64,000 bases of DNA from positions 1-64,000 of the IMG/VR virus record IMGVR_UViG_3300030329_005959. One strand, 5' to 3'. Below the pieces are notes generated by a model that was not told the DNA's origin, made no database searches, and saw nothing but the letters and a program-made list of their open reading frames with translations. Position 1 is the stretch's first letter; every line of letters begins with the position of its first letter. This stretch comes from a virus. Below are positions 45,787 through 54,862 of the stretch, piece after piece. The position numbers were made by a program, and so were the translations under genes.

Positions 45787-46610
45787 GCGACTTACAAAAA
45801 AGAATTGTAGAAGAATTAAAAGAAGACGGGATTTCTATCACTCATGTAGACGAATTATTTGGAGATACCTCTCGAAACTATTTTTCTAATTCTTTGTTGT
45901 ATTTTAATGAATTTCTATCCTCTCCACACATTAAAGAAAGATGTGATAGGATATCTTCAGGAAATCCCATCCAAGACAAGAATAAATGGTTTGAGGTAAC
46001 GGTTTATGAGTATTTGAACAGGGGCCTGAGTCTGGATGACGGAGATGTAATAAGAATGAACTTGTCTCCCGAAATTCTTTCTATCGCGGAAGCTTTTTAC
46101 GGGACTCTCCCTAAAGTTAGGAACATTCTTACTTGGGTTCACCCACAAAACCCCTCTACATCAGAAATTGGATCGCAGCGTTGGCACCGAGACAAAGAAG
46201 ATGAATCCATTTTAAAAGTTTTTATTTTATTTTCTGAAGTTGGCCCTAAAAACGGTCCCACGCAATTTATCAAGAAGTCGCAAGCGGGTGGAAAATATCA
46301 AGATATTTCATCTTTAGGAGGCGACGGATATGGGGGGTTAAACTATGAAATTCCAGAGGGAGAGCTTGTCTCTTGTGAGGGGACGGTAGGGACAATAATT
46401 TTTATGAACAACAATGGGGTTCATAAAGGAGGGTTGGTAAAAGACGGTATCAGAAGCCTAACTCACGCTTGTTTTCTAAAGCCTACAGCTCCCTTTCTCA
46501 ATAATGGAGTGTTGCCCTGTTTTGAATATGATTCCCAAGTTAATCTTTTAGACAGAGAGGGTGAGTCCTATCAAAATTTAAGCGATACCCAAAAATTTGT
46601 TCTCTCATGA
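45783..46610 (+). CDS. 2-oxoglutarate/Fe(II) dioxygenase (PhyH-like)
   Basis: SQRWHRD (HxD), NGPTQFI, GVHKGG (distal His), R-S/L. Confidence 0.8.
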   Translation: MSDLQKRIVEELKEDGISITHVDELFGDTSRNYFSNSLLYFNEFLSSPHIKERCDRISSGNPIQDKNKWFEVTVYEYLNRGLSLDDGDVIRMNLSPEILSIAEAFYGTLPKVRNILTWVHPQNPSTSEIGSQRWHRDKEDESILKVFILFSEVGPKNGPTQFIKKSQAGGKYQDISSLGGDGYGGLNYEIPEGELVSCEGTVGTIIFMNNNGVHKGGLVKDGIRSLTHACFLKPTAPFLNNGVLPCFEYDSQVNLLDREGESYQNLSDTQKFVLS

Positions 46611-47269
46611 CCGCTTTGGTAATATCGCAAGATAGACCTTGGACTCGCCAACTAATTAATAGTCTGGATAACGAGGAACATGAGATTTTTTATTCTTCTT
46701 TAATATCTCAGGAGTTAATTGAAAATATCGGCCCTGATTGGATATTTTTCTTTCACTGGTCCGAAATTGTTCCTAAAACTATATACAAAAATTATAAGTG
46801 TTGCGTAATCCACACTGGCAATTTACCTAAGGCGAGAGGAGGAAGTCCTCTGCAAAATCAAATATTAGAGGGCGTGACCGACACCCAAGTAAATATTATT
46901 GAAATGTCAGGTGAGATAGATGCTGGCGGGATATATTGCTCTGCTCCTATTTCTTTACAAGGGAGTATTACTGATATATGGCTTTCAATAGCTGATGTAA
47001 CCTCTAATTTAATAAACTTTTGTATGTCTGCAAACCCGAAAGCGGCTCCACAAAGGGGGAAGTCCCAAACATATAAACGCATTAAAAATAATAGTGTTAA
47101 CTTTAATATTGAAAAGCCACTTTCCTTCGTTTATGATCAGATTAGAATGGTGGATGATGATTTTTATCCTAAATGCCATTTGGACATCAATGGTTTTAGG
47201 TTAGAGTTTAGCAGGGCAAAACTGAAAACAGATAAAATTTTAGCCGATGTTACAATTACCAAAAAATAG
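46607..47269 (+). CDS. Formyltransferase (sugar N-formyltransferase type)
   Basis: IHTGNLPKARGGSPLQNQI, IDAGGI, YDQIRMVD...YP. Confidence 0.85.
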   Translation: MTALVISQDRPWTRQLINSLDNEEHEIFYSSLISQELIENIGPDWIFFFHWSEIVPKTIYKNYKCCVIHTGNLPKARGGSPLQNQILEGVTDTQVNIIEMSGEIDAGGIYCSAPISLQGSITDIWLSIADVTSNLINFCMSANPKAAPQRGKSQTYKRIKNNSVNFNIEKPLSFVYDQIRMVDDDFYPKCHLDINGFRLEFSRAKLKTDKILADVTITKK

Positions 47270-47912
47270 CGACATATTAATTTTAGCTGCTCATCCCGAT
47301 GATGAAACATTAGGGTGTGGCGCTACTGCGGCTAAACTCTCAGAGGAAGGTCACAATATCCACTTAATGACATTCACTGACGGGGTTGATGCCAGAGACG
47401 AAAAAGGAAAGGAAAACAGAAACAACAGGCTGGGCCGTATCTCCGAGATACTAGGAATTAATTCGTTTAATCATGGAGATTTTCCCGATAACAGCATGGA
47501 CGTTGTTCCCTTGTTAAAACTTTGCAAATACATAGAAAATCACTGTCCTTTTGCACCTGATTTAATTTTTACCCACCACCCCGATTGTCTTAATATAGAT
47601 CATGAAATGGTTTACCGAGCCACTTTAACCGCCTTTAGGCCGCAGTTTGGGTTAAGACAAACAATTTTGTCTTATTTTGTCCCGTCTTCAACCGATTACA
47701 ATCCTCAGGCTAACTTTAACGGGAATGTCTATGTTGACATCAAAGGCTATGTGGATAAAAAGCTAAAAGCGTTATCGGTTTATGACGAAGAGATGAGAGA
47801 ACACCCTCACAGCAGAAGCTACACTAATGTAAAAAATTTGTCTTCTACATGGGGAAGCGAAGTCGGCTTAGAGTCTGCTGAGAAATTTCAACTAATAAGA
47901 TCTGTTTCTTAA
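47247..47912 (+). CDS. PIG-L/LmbE de-N-acetylase
   Basis: AAHPDDETLGCG, IFTHH...NIDH, HPHSRS, AEKF. Confidence 0.9.
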   Translation: MLQLPKNSDILILAAHPDDETLGCGATAAKLSEEGHNIHLMTFTDGVDARDEKGKENRNNRLGRISEILGINSFNHGDFPDNSMDVVPLLKLCKYIENHCPFAPDLIFTHHPDCLNIDHEMVYRATLTAFRPQFGLRQTILSYFVPSSTDYNPQANFNGNVYVDIKGYVDKKLKALSVYDEEMREHPHSRSYTNVKNLSSTWGSEVGLESAEKFQLIRSVS

Positions 47913-47913
47913 A

Positions 47914-48444
47914 ATGATAGAAGGCAAGAAAGTAAATTTAACTAAAGTTGACAGAGAGAATATCGAACAACTTAGGGAATGGAGAAACAACCCGTTGTTG
48001 AGAAAATATTTTAGAGAACACCGAGAGATCAACAAAGATAATCAATCTTGTTGGTATGAAAGCAAGGTGTTGGGAGATCCTAATCAATATAACTTTGAAA
48101 TAAGGGCCAACAAAAACTCTGAACTAATCGGGCATTGCGGCCTTTATTATATTAATTGGATTAGCAGGACTGCTGAGTTTGGCATTTATATTGGAGATAG
48201 AGCCTATAGAAATGGAGGTTATGGTTCGGACACCCTTAGAACTTTAATTGGTTATGGATTTAAAGATTTAAATTTAAATAGAATTTGGTGCGAAGTTTAC
48301 GACAACAATAAATCCATTGAAGTATATAAGCATATTGGCTTTAAATACGAGGGCACATTAAGACAAAACTATTACAACGAAGGCCGCTATTGGGATGCTC
48401 ATGTTCTCGGTATGCTGAAAAGTGAATATGAATCAATCTCTTAA
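47914..48444 (+). CDS. GNAT N-acetyltransferase (PseH/RimJ-like)
   Basis: LREWRNNP, AEFGIYIG, YRNGGYGS, NKSIEVYKHIGFKYEG. Confidence 0.85.
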   Translation: MIEGKKVNLTKVDRENIEQLREWRNNPLLRKYFREHREINKDNQSCWYESKVLGDPNQYNFEIRANKNSELIGHCGLYYINWISRTAEFGIYIGDRAYRNGGYGSDTLRTLIGYGFKDLNLNRIWCEVYDNNKSIEVYKHIGFKYEGTLRQNYYNEGRYWDAHVLGMLKSEYESIS

Positions 48445-49195
48445 AGACAGCAAAGTATTAATTGTAGGGACTTCCAGTTCGGTAGCCCAATACGATAAAA
48501 AATTCCTCCAAGAAAAACGAGAAAACGGATATAAGATATTATCTTATTCTGGCAACTCTCTTATTTATTTATACGACATTGGATTTAAGCCTGATTTTTT
48601 CATTTTTTTCGACCCTTTTGCCTATACTATTGGAATAGGAAATATGGGGGAGCGATGCAAAGATTGGCTAAAGGAAACGACATATATAGGGTATGAAAAC
48701 AGCTCCTTTGAGTCTTTGTTGGCTACTAATAAATTCTTAAACGGAAGCGAAAGTTTTGGATTCACTGATTTTTTAAGAAACGACTCTTTGGTTAACCTCT
48801 ATAAAGACAATCCTCCTTCAGAAATCTTTAAAGAGTGTTTGTGTGAAAATCCCACAACCGTAAATTTTGATCAGATAGAAAATTTAAACTTGTCAGACAG
48901 GCTTTACATGATAAGAAACTATGGTAATGAATTAGACAAATTTACCTATTATCTTCTGCCAGTAATTTTTAATTTCTTCAAAAACCTTTCGACTTTAGAG
49001 TGTTTGGGTTTTGGGACATTTGGGTTCGACCGATACAGGGGAACATCAGGGTCTTATTCCGAATATGTAAGAGCATATGATCAAATCTTACCTCATTTGA
49101 ATAATGTCAAAATAAACCAAAATGTTGACATTAAATTAGAGGATGATAGTTATTTCAAAAAAGTCGAAACTCTCTTTTCTAAAGATATTTCATGA
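48428..49195 (+). CDS. Possible sialyltransferase-fold (GT42/GT29/Maf-like) protein
   Basis: KVLIVGTSSS, KPDFFIFFDP and LECLGF echo the GNGPS / PD / GFD pattern of that fold. Weak match. Confidence 0.4.
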   Translation: MNQSLKDSKVLIVGTSSSVAQYDKKFLQEKRENGYKILSYSGNSLIYLYDIGFKPDFFIFFDPFAYTIGIGNMGERCKDWLKETTYIGYENSSFESLLATNKFLNGSESFGFTDFLRNDSLVNLYKDNPPSEIFKECLCENPTTVNFDQIENLNLSDRLYMIRNYGNELDKFTYYLLPVIFNFFKNLSTLECLGFGTFGFDRYRGTSGSYSEYVRAYDQILPHLNNVKINQNVDIKLEDDSYFKKVETLFSKDIS

Positions 49196-50238
49196 AAAAA
49201 ATAATTATAACAGGGGTGACAGGTCAAGATGGTAGCCATATGGCAGACTATTTACTCCAGAATACAGAGCACACCGTCATTGGTGGAGTAAGAAGGTTAA
49301 GTGTTGAAAACCACAAGAACATCAAGCATTTAGAAAAAAACCCTCGTTTTTATCTTATTGATTTAGATGTAACGGATGCTCATAACACTGATAATGTAAT
49401 TTCTAGGGAAAAACCCGATTATTTTATTAATTTTGCTGCGAATTCTTTTGTGGGCAGCAGTTGGGATATGCCTGTAAATCACATGCAGACTAATTGCATG
49501 GCGGTTCTCTACCAGTTAGAAGCGCTTCGAAAGCATACCCCTCACTGCCGTTATTACAACGCAGGTAGCTCTGAGGAGTTTGGGAACGTTGTGACGACTC
49601 CGCAAGCAGAAGATCATCCCTTGCGCCCCAGAAGCCCATATGGAGCCTCTAAATGCGCTGCCCGACATTTGGTAAAAGTTTACCGAGACTCTTACAAACT
49701 TTACGCGGTTCAGGGTTGGTTATTTAATCACGAAGGTGTTCGCAGAGGGGAAGAATTTGTTACTAGGAAGATCACAAAAAATGTCGCCAAAATTTTAGCA
49801 CAATATGAAACGGGCAAAGTTGTGGTCCCGATGCAATTAGGCAATTTAGACGCGAAGAGGGACTGGAGCGATGCGGAAGATTTTATTAGAGGCGTCTGGT
49901 TGATGTTAAATCAAGATAGAGAAAACCCGAAGGACTACGTTCTTTCCTCTAATGAAACACACACTATAAGAGAATTTATTGAGGAAGCTTTTAATTTTGT
50001 AGGTTTCCACAGAAACGCTTGTGAATGGAAAGGGGAAGGTCTTGAAGAAAAATACATGCACGGTCGAGATTGTTTTGTGGAAATTAATTCAGATTTTTAT
50101 AGGCCAGCAGAGGTTGACTTGCTTTTGGGCGACTCAACAAAAGCGCGTGATGAGCTTGGGTGGAAACCAAAAACCACATTTATCCAGCTTATCAAAAAAA
50201 TGGTTGACAAGGATGTGGCGTCAGTTATTACTGGGTAG
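49192..50238 (+). CDS. gmd: GDP-mannose 4,6-dehydratase
   Basis: ITGVTGQDGS, AANSFV, SSEEFG, PRSPYGASK, LFNHE, FVTRKIT, LGNLDAKRDW, RPAEVDLLLGD. Confidence 0.95.
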   Translation: MKKIIITGVTGQDGSHMADYLLQNTEHTVIGGVRRLSVENHKNIKHLEKNPRFYLIDLDVTDAHNTDNVISREKPDYFINFAANSFVGSSWDMPVNHMQTNCMAVLYQLEALRKHTPHCRYYNAGSSEEFGNVVTTPQAEDHPLRPRSPYGASKCAARHLVKVYRDSYKLYAVQGWLFNHEGVRRGEEFVTRKITKNVAKILAQYETGKVVVPMQLGNLDAKRDWSDAEDFIRGVWLMLNQDRENPKDYVLSSNETHTIREFIEEAFNFVGFHRNACEWKGEGLEEKYMHGRDCFVEINSDFYRPAEVDLLLGDSTKARDELGWKPKTTFIQLIKKMVDKDVASVITG

Positions 50239-50585
50239 TGCCGAAGTCTAAAGGCCCGAATAAACGGGATATCATTTTTCGTCTTATAGAAGTTCCCGAC
50301 AAAGGGAGGCGACCATTTTTCGCGAGGGAAATGAAGTTGCTTAACGATCTTTGTGATCGCTATTCTTTGGAGTTTATGAATATTGTAAACTTTGGGAAAA
50401 AGTTTGATTCTCTGGCTTATCTTGTTAGCCCGAAACTTAAGAACTCTCTTGATGAAAAGTTTAGAGCCTTCAATTTTAAGGTTGATTTATCCAAGTATGA
50501 AACCTATGATATAGGGGAAAAAATAGGTGACGATGCGGTCATTTCACAAACCCCCAAAACAGTAAAAGATTTTTTAGATGAGTAA
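50238..50585 (+). CDS. Hypothetical protein
   Basis: 115-aa ORF coupled between gmd and recA. Confidence 0.7.
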   Translation: MPKSKGPNKRDIIFRLIEVPDKGRRPFFAREMKLLNDLCDRYSLEFMNIVNFGKKFDSLAYLVSPKLKNSLDEKFRAFNFKVDLSKYETYDIGEKIGDDAVISQTPKTVKDFLDE

Positions 50586-51690
50586 AGAGATTCAACCACA
50601 AGAACTTCTTGGCAATTATTTGAAAGCGCACAAGGAAGATCACTATAATTTCGAAGATAGCATAGATTATAAAATCTCCAGCGGCTCTCTTCAATTTGAC
50701 ATGCATCTGGAGGGTGGCTTTGGGCCTGGGTTGCATCGTTTCACAGGAGTCAACGAAGGCGGCAAAACTTCAGAGTCTTTACAGGTTATGAAAAACTTTC
50801 TTAAGGGACTCCCCAAATCACGGGGGCTATATGTAAAAGCGGAAGGACGATTAGGGCCAGAGGTTCAAAAGCGCTCTGGTGTTAAGTTTGTTTTTTCTCC
50901 TGAAGAGTGGGTAGACGGAACTTGTTTTGTTTTTGAAAGCAATATTTATGAAACAGTAATGGGACTAATACGACAACTCATTACTAATAACGAGGACAAG
51001 GTTAAATATTGTTTTATTTTAGATTCTGTGGACGGTTTAATCCGCAAAGATGACCTAGACAAAAACTTCGAAGAGAGCACTAAAGTCGCTGGGGGTGCGG
51101 TTGTTGCCTCTAATTTCTGCAAAAAAACGAGCACCGCTCTGGGCAAGCGAGGGCACATGGCTATCTTCATTAGTCAAGTCCGTGCGGACATTAAACTCGA
51201 CCCTTATTCCAAGGCTCCTGTTCGCCAAACCACAGCTACAGGGGGGAACGCTCTCTTGCATTTTGCGAACAACATTTTAGAGTTCGAACCTCGCTTTAAA
51301 GGAGATTTAATTTTGAAAAACCCTTCCGTCAAAACAATGGATGCGAAGAAGAATCCAATTATTGGACACCATGCCAAGGTTACTATTAAAAAATCCGCTC
51401 ACGAAAACACCAACACAACCCTTTCTTATCCTATTCGTTATGGGCGCATAGACGGCAACTCAATATGGGTGGAGAAGGAAATCGTAGATCTCCTCTATGC
51501 GTGGGAATTTGTGGAAAAGAAAGGCGCGTGGATTAAGCCTAGCGATGACTTTAAAGAGTTAGTTGACTCCAAAGGATTTGGTTTTCCTGATAAAATTCAG
51601 GGCGATAACAATCTCTTTAAAACTATAGAAGATAACAAAGAATTGTCTGCATTTCTAATAGACTATTTCAAGGAACAGATAAATGCATGA
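50578..51690 (+). CDS. RecA/UvsX-like recombinase
   Basis: ISSGSLQFD, GVNEGGKT Walker A, FILDSV Walker B, IFISQVR, TGGNALLHFA, KKGAW. Confidence 0.9.
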   Translation: MSKEIQPQELLGNYLKAHKEDHYNFEDSIDYKISSGSLQFDMHLEGGFGPGLHRFTGVNEGGKTSESLQVMKNFLKGLPKSRGLYVKAEGRLGPEVQKRSGVKFVFSPEEWVDGTCFVFESNIYETVMGLIRQLITNNEDKVKYCFILDSVDGLIRKDDLDKNFEESTKVAGGAVVASNFCKKTSTALGKRGHMAIFISQVRADIKLDPYSKAPVRQTTATGGNALLHFANNILEFEPRFKGDLILKNPSVKTMDAKKNPIIGHHAKVTIKKSAHENTNTTLSYPIRYGRIDGNSIWVEKEIVDLLYAWEFVEKKGAWIKPSDDFKELVDSKGFGFPDKIQGDNNLFKTIEDNKELSAFLIDYFKEQINA

Positions 51691-52094
51691 AGTTTATTGA
51701 CTCATATGGCAAACAGAGAAATCTAAAGAACGCAAAGAAGTATTTAATAGATTGGGACAAGCCTAGCCGCAGCAAGTTCCAAACCCAAGTTAAAAGGTTT
51801 CTAAGAAGGTATTGGAAGAATGATATTGTGTTCGAAGAGTTTAGGGTCGTAGGCACTCGCCTTACCTTAGACTTTTATAATGCCAATAAAAAGATAGCAG
51901 TTGAAGTTCAAGGGGCACAGCACACAAAATTTGTTAAGTTTTTCCATAAAAATCGTTTCAAGTATAGAGAGCAACTCAAAAGGGATGAAAAAAAGCTCGA
52001 CTTTTGTAAAGCTAATGATATAAAGTTGGCAGAAGTTTATCCACAGGACAAAATAGTAGCCTCATTATTTAAAAAACAGGATATTTATTTATGA
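51687..52094 (+). CDS. PD-(D/E)XK endonuclease (DUF559/Vsr-like)
   Basis: LDFY...KIAVEVQGAQH...RDEKK. Confidence 0.8.
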   Translation: MKFIDSYGKQRNLKNAKKYLIDWDKPSRSKFQTQVKRFLRRYWKNDIVFEEFRVVGTRLTLDFYNANKKIAVEVQGAQHTKFVKFFHKNRFKYREQLKRDEKKLDFCKANDIKLAEVYPQDKIVASLFKKQDIYL

Positions 52095-52324
52095 ATTTAG
52101 AAGAAAATGACGAATTCTCTATCCCGTCTGAGATGGTAGAAAAAATTTACGAGCTGTCAGGGGGCGTGGATAAATATAAAGGTGTGATATTGGCGGTTTC
52201 TTCTGAAAATGGCAAACCTTTAATATATTGTAAATTTGATTGTGGGATGACTGAGTTTGCTTTGACTAAAGCTCTTGAAAACCACTTTACATCCCCTCTT
52301 GAAAGAAGGGAAGAAGACCGATGA
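52091..52324 (+). CDS. Hypothetical protein
   Basis: 77-aa ORF with ATGA overlaps on both sides. Confidence 0.7.
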   Translation: MNLEENDEFSIPSEMVEKIYELSGGVDKYKGVILAVSSENGKPLIYCKFDCGMTEFALTKALENHFTSPLERREEDR

Positions 52325-53838
52325 TTTATAACTTTGAACTAGAAAAGCAGCTATTGGCGGGTTTGATTAAAGAGCCTGACACTTTAGCAGAAATATCCAA
52401 TTTTATTGGCACTTCTGATTTTTACTCCAAGCAAAGCTCTTTGCACTCAGCCATTTTCAGGATTGTTAAACAAGCTATAGATGCAGGAGACGAGGTAGAC
52501 GAAGTTATTATAGCTCAAAGGGTTAACGACGTAGGGTTGTCATTCGAAGATAATTTAAACCCCTCGGATTATATTAAATCCTTAGCTCTCAGAAAAGTCC
52601 CCAAAGGCAACACCCTCAAAACAGCTAAGGAATTAAAAAAATATTCAATTAGGCGTGAAATCTTGGATTCTTCTCAAGATATCGCCAAAAAGATGAAAAA
52701 CATGGCTCCTGAGGCGTCCTATAGAGCCATTATAGAAGCCGCTGATTCCGCATACAATTCCCGCATTAACCTCTACGAGATGGGCAATGACACGCCTGAA
52801 AATATTTATGAGGAAATGGAGGCTCTTATAGAAGAGCGCGGCAACAATCCCGTTACAGAGTTCGGGATGATGGGTCCGCACCCTAAAGTCAACGAAATTT
52901 ACGGCTCATTGCTCCGCGCAGGAAATATTACCGTTATAGTAGCCAGATCGGGAGTTGGTAAAACAAATTTCTGCATGGATTACAGCACGAAGGTGAGTCT
53001 TAAGTATGATGTCCCAGTTTTGCATTTTGATAACGGCGAGATGAGCAAAGAAGAGCTTATTATGCGCCAGTGCGCTGCCCTTTCAGGGGTTTCCATGCAT
53101 CTACTGGAGAGTGGTAAATGGAGGCAAGCTGGCGAGAAAGTGGTAGATAAAGTCCGCTCGGTTTGGCCAGTGGTTAAAAACTTAAAATTTTATTATTATA
53201 ATGTGGGAGGAATGGACGTAGACTCTATGGTCAACACTCTTAAAAGATTTTATTATTCCAAGGTAGGTCGAGGCAAATCAATGGTATTTTCCTTTGATTA
53301 CATTAAAACCACCTCAGAAAATATCGCCAACAAGTCAGAGTGGCAGGTAGTGGGGGAGATGGTGGACAAGTTTAAGAAGTGTGTGCAGAAGGAAATTCTT
53401 CATGACGGTAATCCCGTTATTCCTATGATCACTTCTGTCCAGTCCAACAGATACGGCATCACCAATAACAGAAACTCTCAAAACATTGTAGATGACGAGT
53501 CTATTGTTTCTCTTTCAGATCGCATTACCCAATTCTGTTCCCACATGTTTATTTTGCGGAACAAGACCACTGATGAGATAGAGACTGAAGGGGGTAGATT
53601 TGGCACTCATAAGCTGATTAACGTCAAATCTCGACATTTAGGAAGTGATATTGCTGGTGCTATTGAACCAGTTAGGATTGGAGACGCGCTGCGTAAAAAT
53701 TCTATAAACTTAGAATTTAATAACTTTAATATCGCGGAAAGGGGAGACTTGAGAGATATCGCTAGAATGCTAGATGGCGAAGAAGATTTAGATGGTGATG
53801 GAGTCCAACAAACAATCCCAGATTTCGATGAGTTCTGA
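52321..53838 (+). CDS. dnaB: Replicative DNA helicase
   Basis: ELEKQLLAGLI, DFY...H..IF, ARSGVGKT, FDNGEMS, FDYIK, VQSNR, KSRH. Confidence 0.9.
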   Translation: MIYNFELEKQLLAGLIKEPDTLAEISNFIGTSDFYSKQSSLHSAIFRIVKQAIDAGDEVDEVIIAQRVNDVGLSFEDNLNPSDYIKSLALRKVPKGNTLKTAKELKKYSIRREILDSSQDIAKKMKNMAPEASYRAIIEAADSAYNSRINLYEMGNDTPENIYEEMEALIEERGNNPVTEFGMMGPHPKVNEIYGSLLRAGNITVIVARSGVGKTNFCMDYSTKVSLKYDVPVLHFDNGEMSKEELIMRQCAALSGVSMHLLESGKWRQAGEKVVDKVRSVWPVVKNLKFYYYNVGGMDVDSMVNTLKRFYYSKVGRGKSMVFSFDYIKTTSENIANKSEWQVVGEMVDKFKKCVQKEILHDGNPVIPMITSVQSNRYGITNNRNSQNIVDDESIVSLSDRITQFCSHMFILRNKTTDEIETEGGRFGTHKLINVKSRHLGSDIAGAIEPVRIGDALRKNSINLEFNNFNIAERGDLRDIARMLDGEEDLDGDGVQQTIPDFDEF

Positions 53839-54862
53839 AGACTTCCAAGGTGTTTTGGAGTCGATAGGATACAATCTAATTGACTGCGGGGACCATTGGA
53901 GAACACAAGCTCTATATCGAGATGGCGACAACAAAACTGCTGTAAAAATTTATAAGAATACAGGAGTATGGATGGACTTTGTAGAGAACAAAGGGTCGAT
54001 GCCTTTTGAAGCATTGATCCGCTTAACAGTCAAAGACGACAAACAAGTAAAAGAGATCATTGGTGACACCAAACTAGAAACCTCTACGCTTTACTCCCCT
54101 AAAGAAACAATAGAAATGGAAAAAATTTACCCCCCATCTTCCTTAGACCGACTTTTCCCAAATTATCATTTTTATGAGAAAAGGGGTATTTCTAAGCAGA
54201 CACAGCAAGCCTTCCAAGCTGGCTTGGCTGGGGTGGGTAAAATGTATAGAAGGATGGTTTTTCCTGTTTTCAACGAACACGATCAGATAATTGGCTTTTC
54301 TGGCAGGAAAGTGGACTCAAATAACGATTACCCCAAGTGGAAACACATCGGGAGGCGCAACAACTGGGTTTATCCCGCTTACAATAAAAAGACAGGTGTA
54401 GACGAAGAAATAACAGCCCAAGAGCAAGTGGTTCTAGTAGAAAGCATAGGAGATGCAATGGCATTATATGAACAAGGTATTAAAAACGTTTTGGTTATTT
54501 TTGGTCTCTCTGTTAACAATAATATCGTTAACTATCTTAGTGGTAAGCCTATTAATCATATTTTTATTTCGACTAACAATGACGCGGCTAGTCAAGAAAA
54601 TAGGGGCTTTATTGCGGCCATCAAAAGCTTCATAAAGCTTTCTAAGTATTTCGACCTAGACAGGTTGACTGTAAAATTCCCCCCGAAACCCTATAATGAT
54701 TTTGGTGACGCTCATTTGTCGGAATACGACCTTACTGCTTGGCTTGGCAAAGACATAGATAAAGCTGCACAACTAGATTACATCTTAGAGTTTGTTAGAA
54801 ACAACCCATCTTGCTTCACTAAGAAAGAAATAAAAACATCCTTAATACTTAGTGATGCCTGA
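53828..54862 (+). CDS. DNA primase (TOPRIM, Cys-less N-terminal domain)
   Basis: RRMVFPVFN...IIGFSGR, PKWKH, LVESIGDAMAL, NDFGD. Confidence 0.85.
   Translation: MSSEDFQGVLESIGYNLIDCGDHWRTQALYRDGDNKTAVKIYKNTGVWMDFVENKGSMPFEALIRLTVKDDKQVKEIIGDTKLETSTLYSPKETIEMEKIYPPSSLDRLFPNYHFYEKRGISKQTQQAFQAGLAGVGKMYRRMVFPVFNEHDQIIGFSGRKVDSNNDYPKWKHIGRRNNWVYPAYNKKTGVDEEITAQEQVVLVESIGDAMALYEQGIKNVLVIFGLSVNNNIVNYLSGKPINHIFISTNNDAASQENRGFIAAIKSFIKLSKYFDLDRLTVKFPPKPYNDFGDAHLSEYDLTAWLGKDIDKAAQLDYILEFVRNNPSCFTKKEIKTSLILSDA

Noticed and set aside
46607-47269. Methionyl-tRNA formyltransferase (fmt)
   Set aside because: Short (220 aa), lacks the full C-terminal tRNA-binding domain, and is paired with a PIG-L deacetylase in a sugar cluster.
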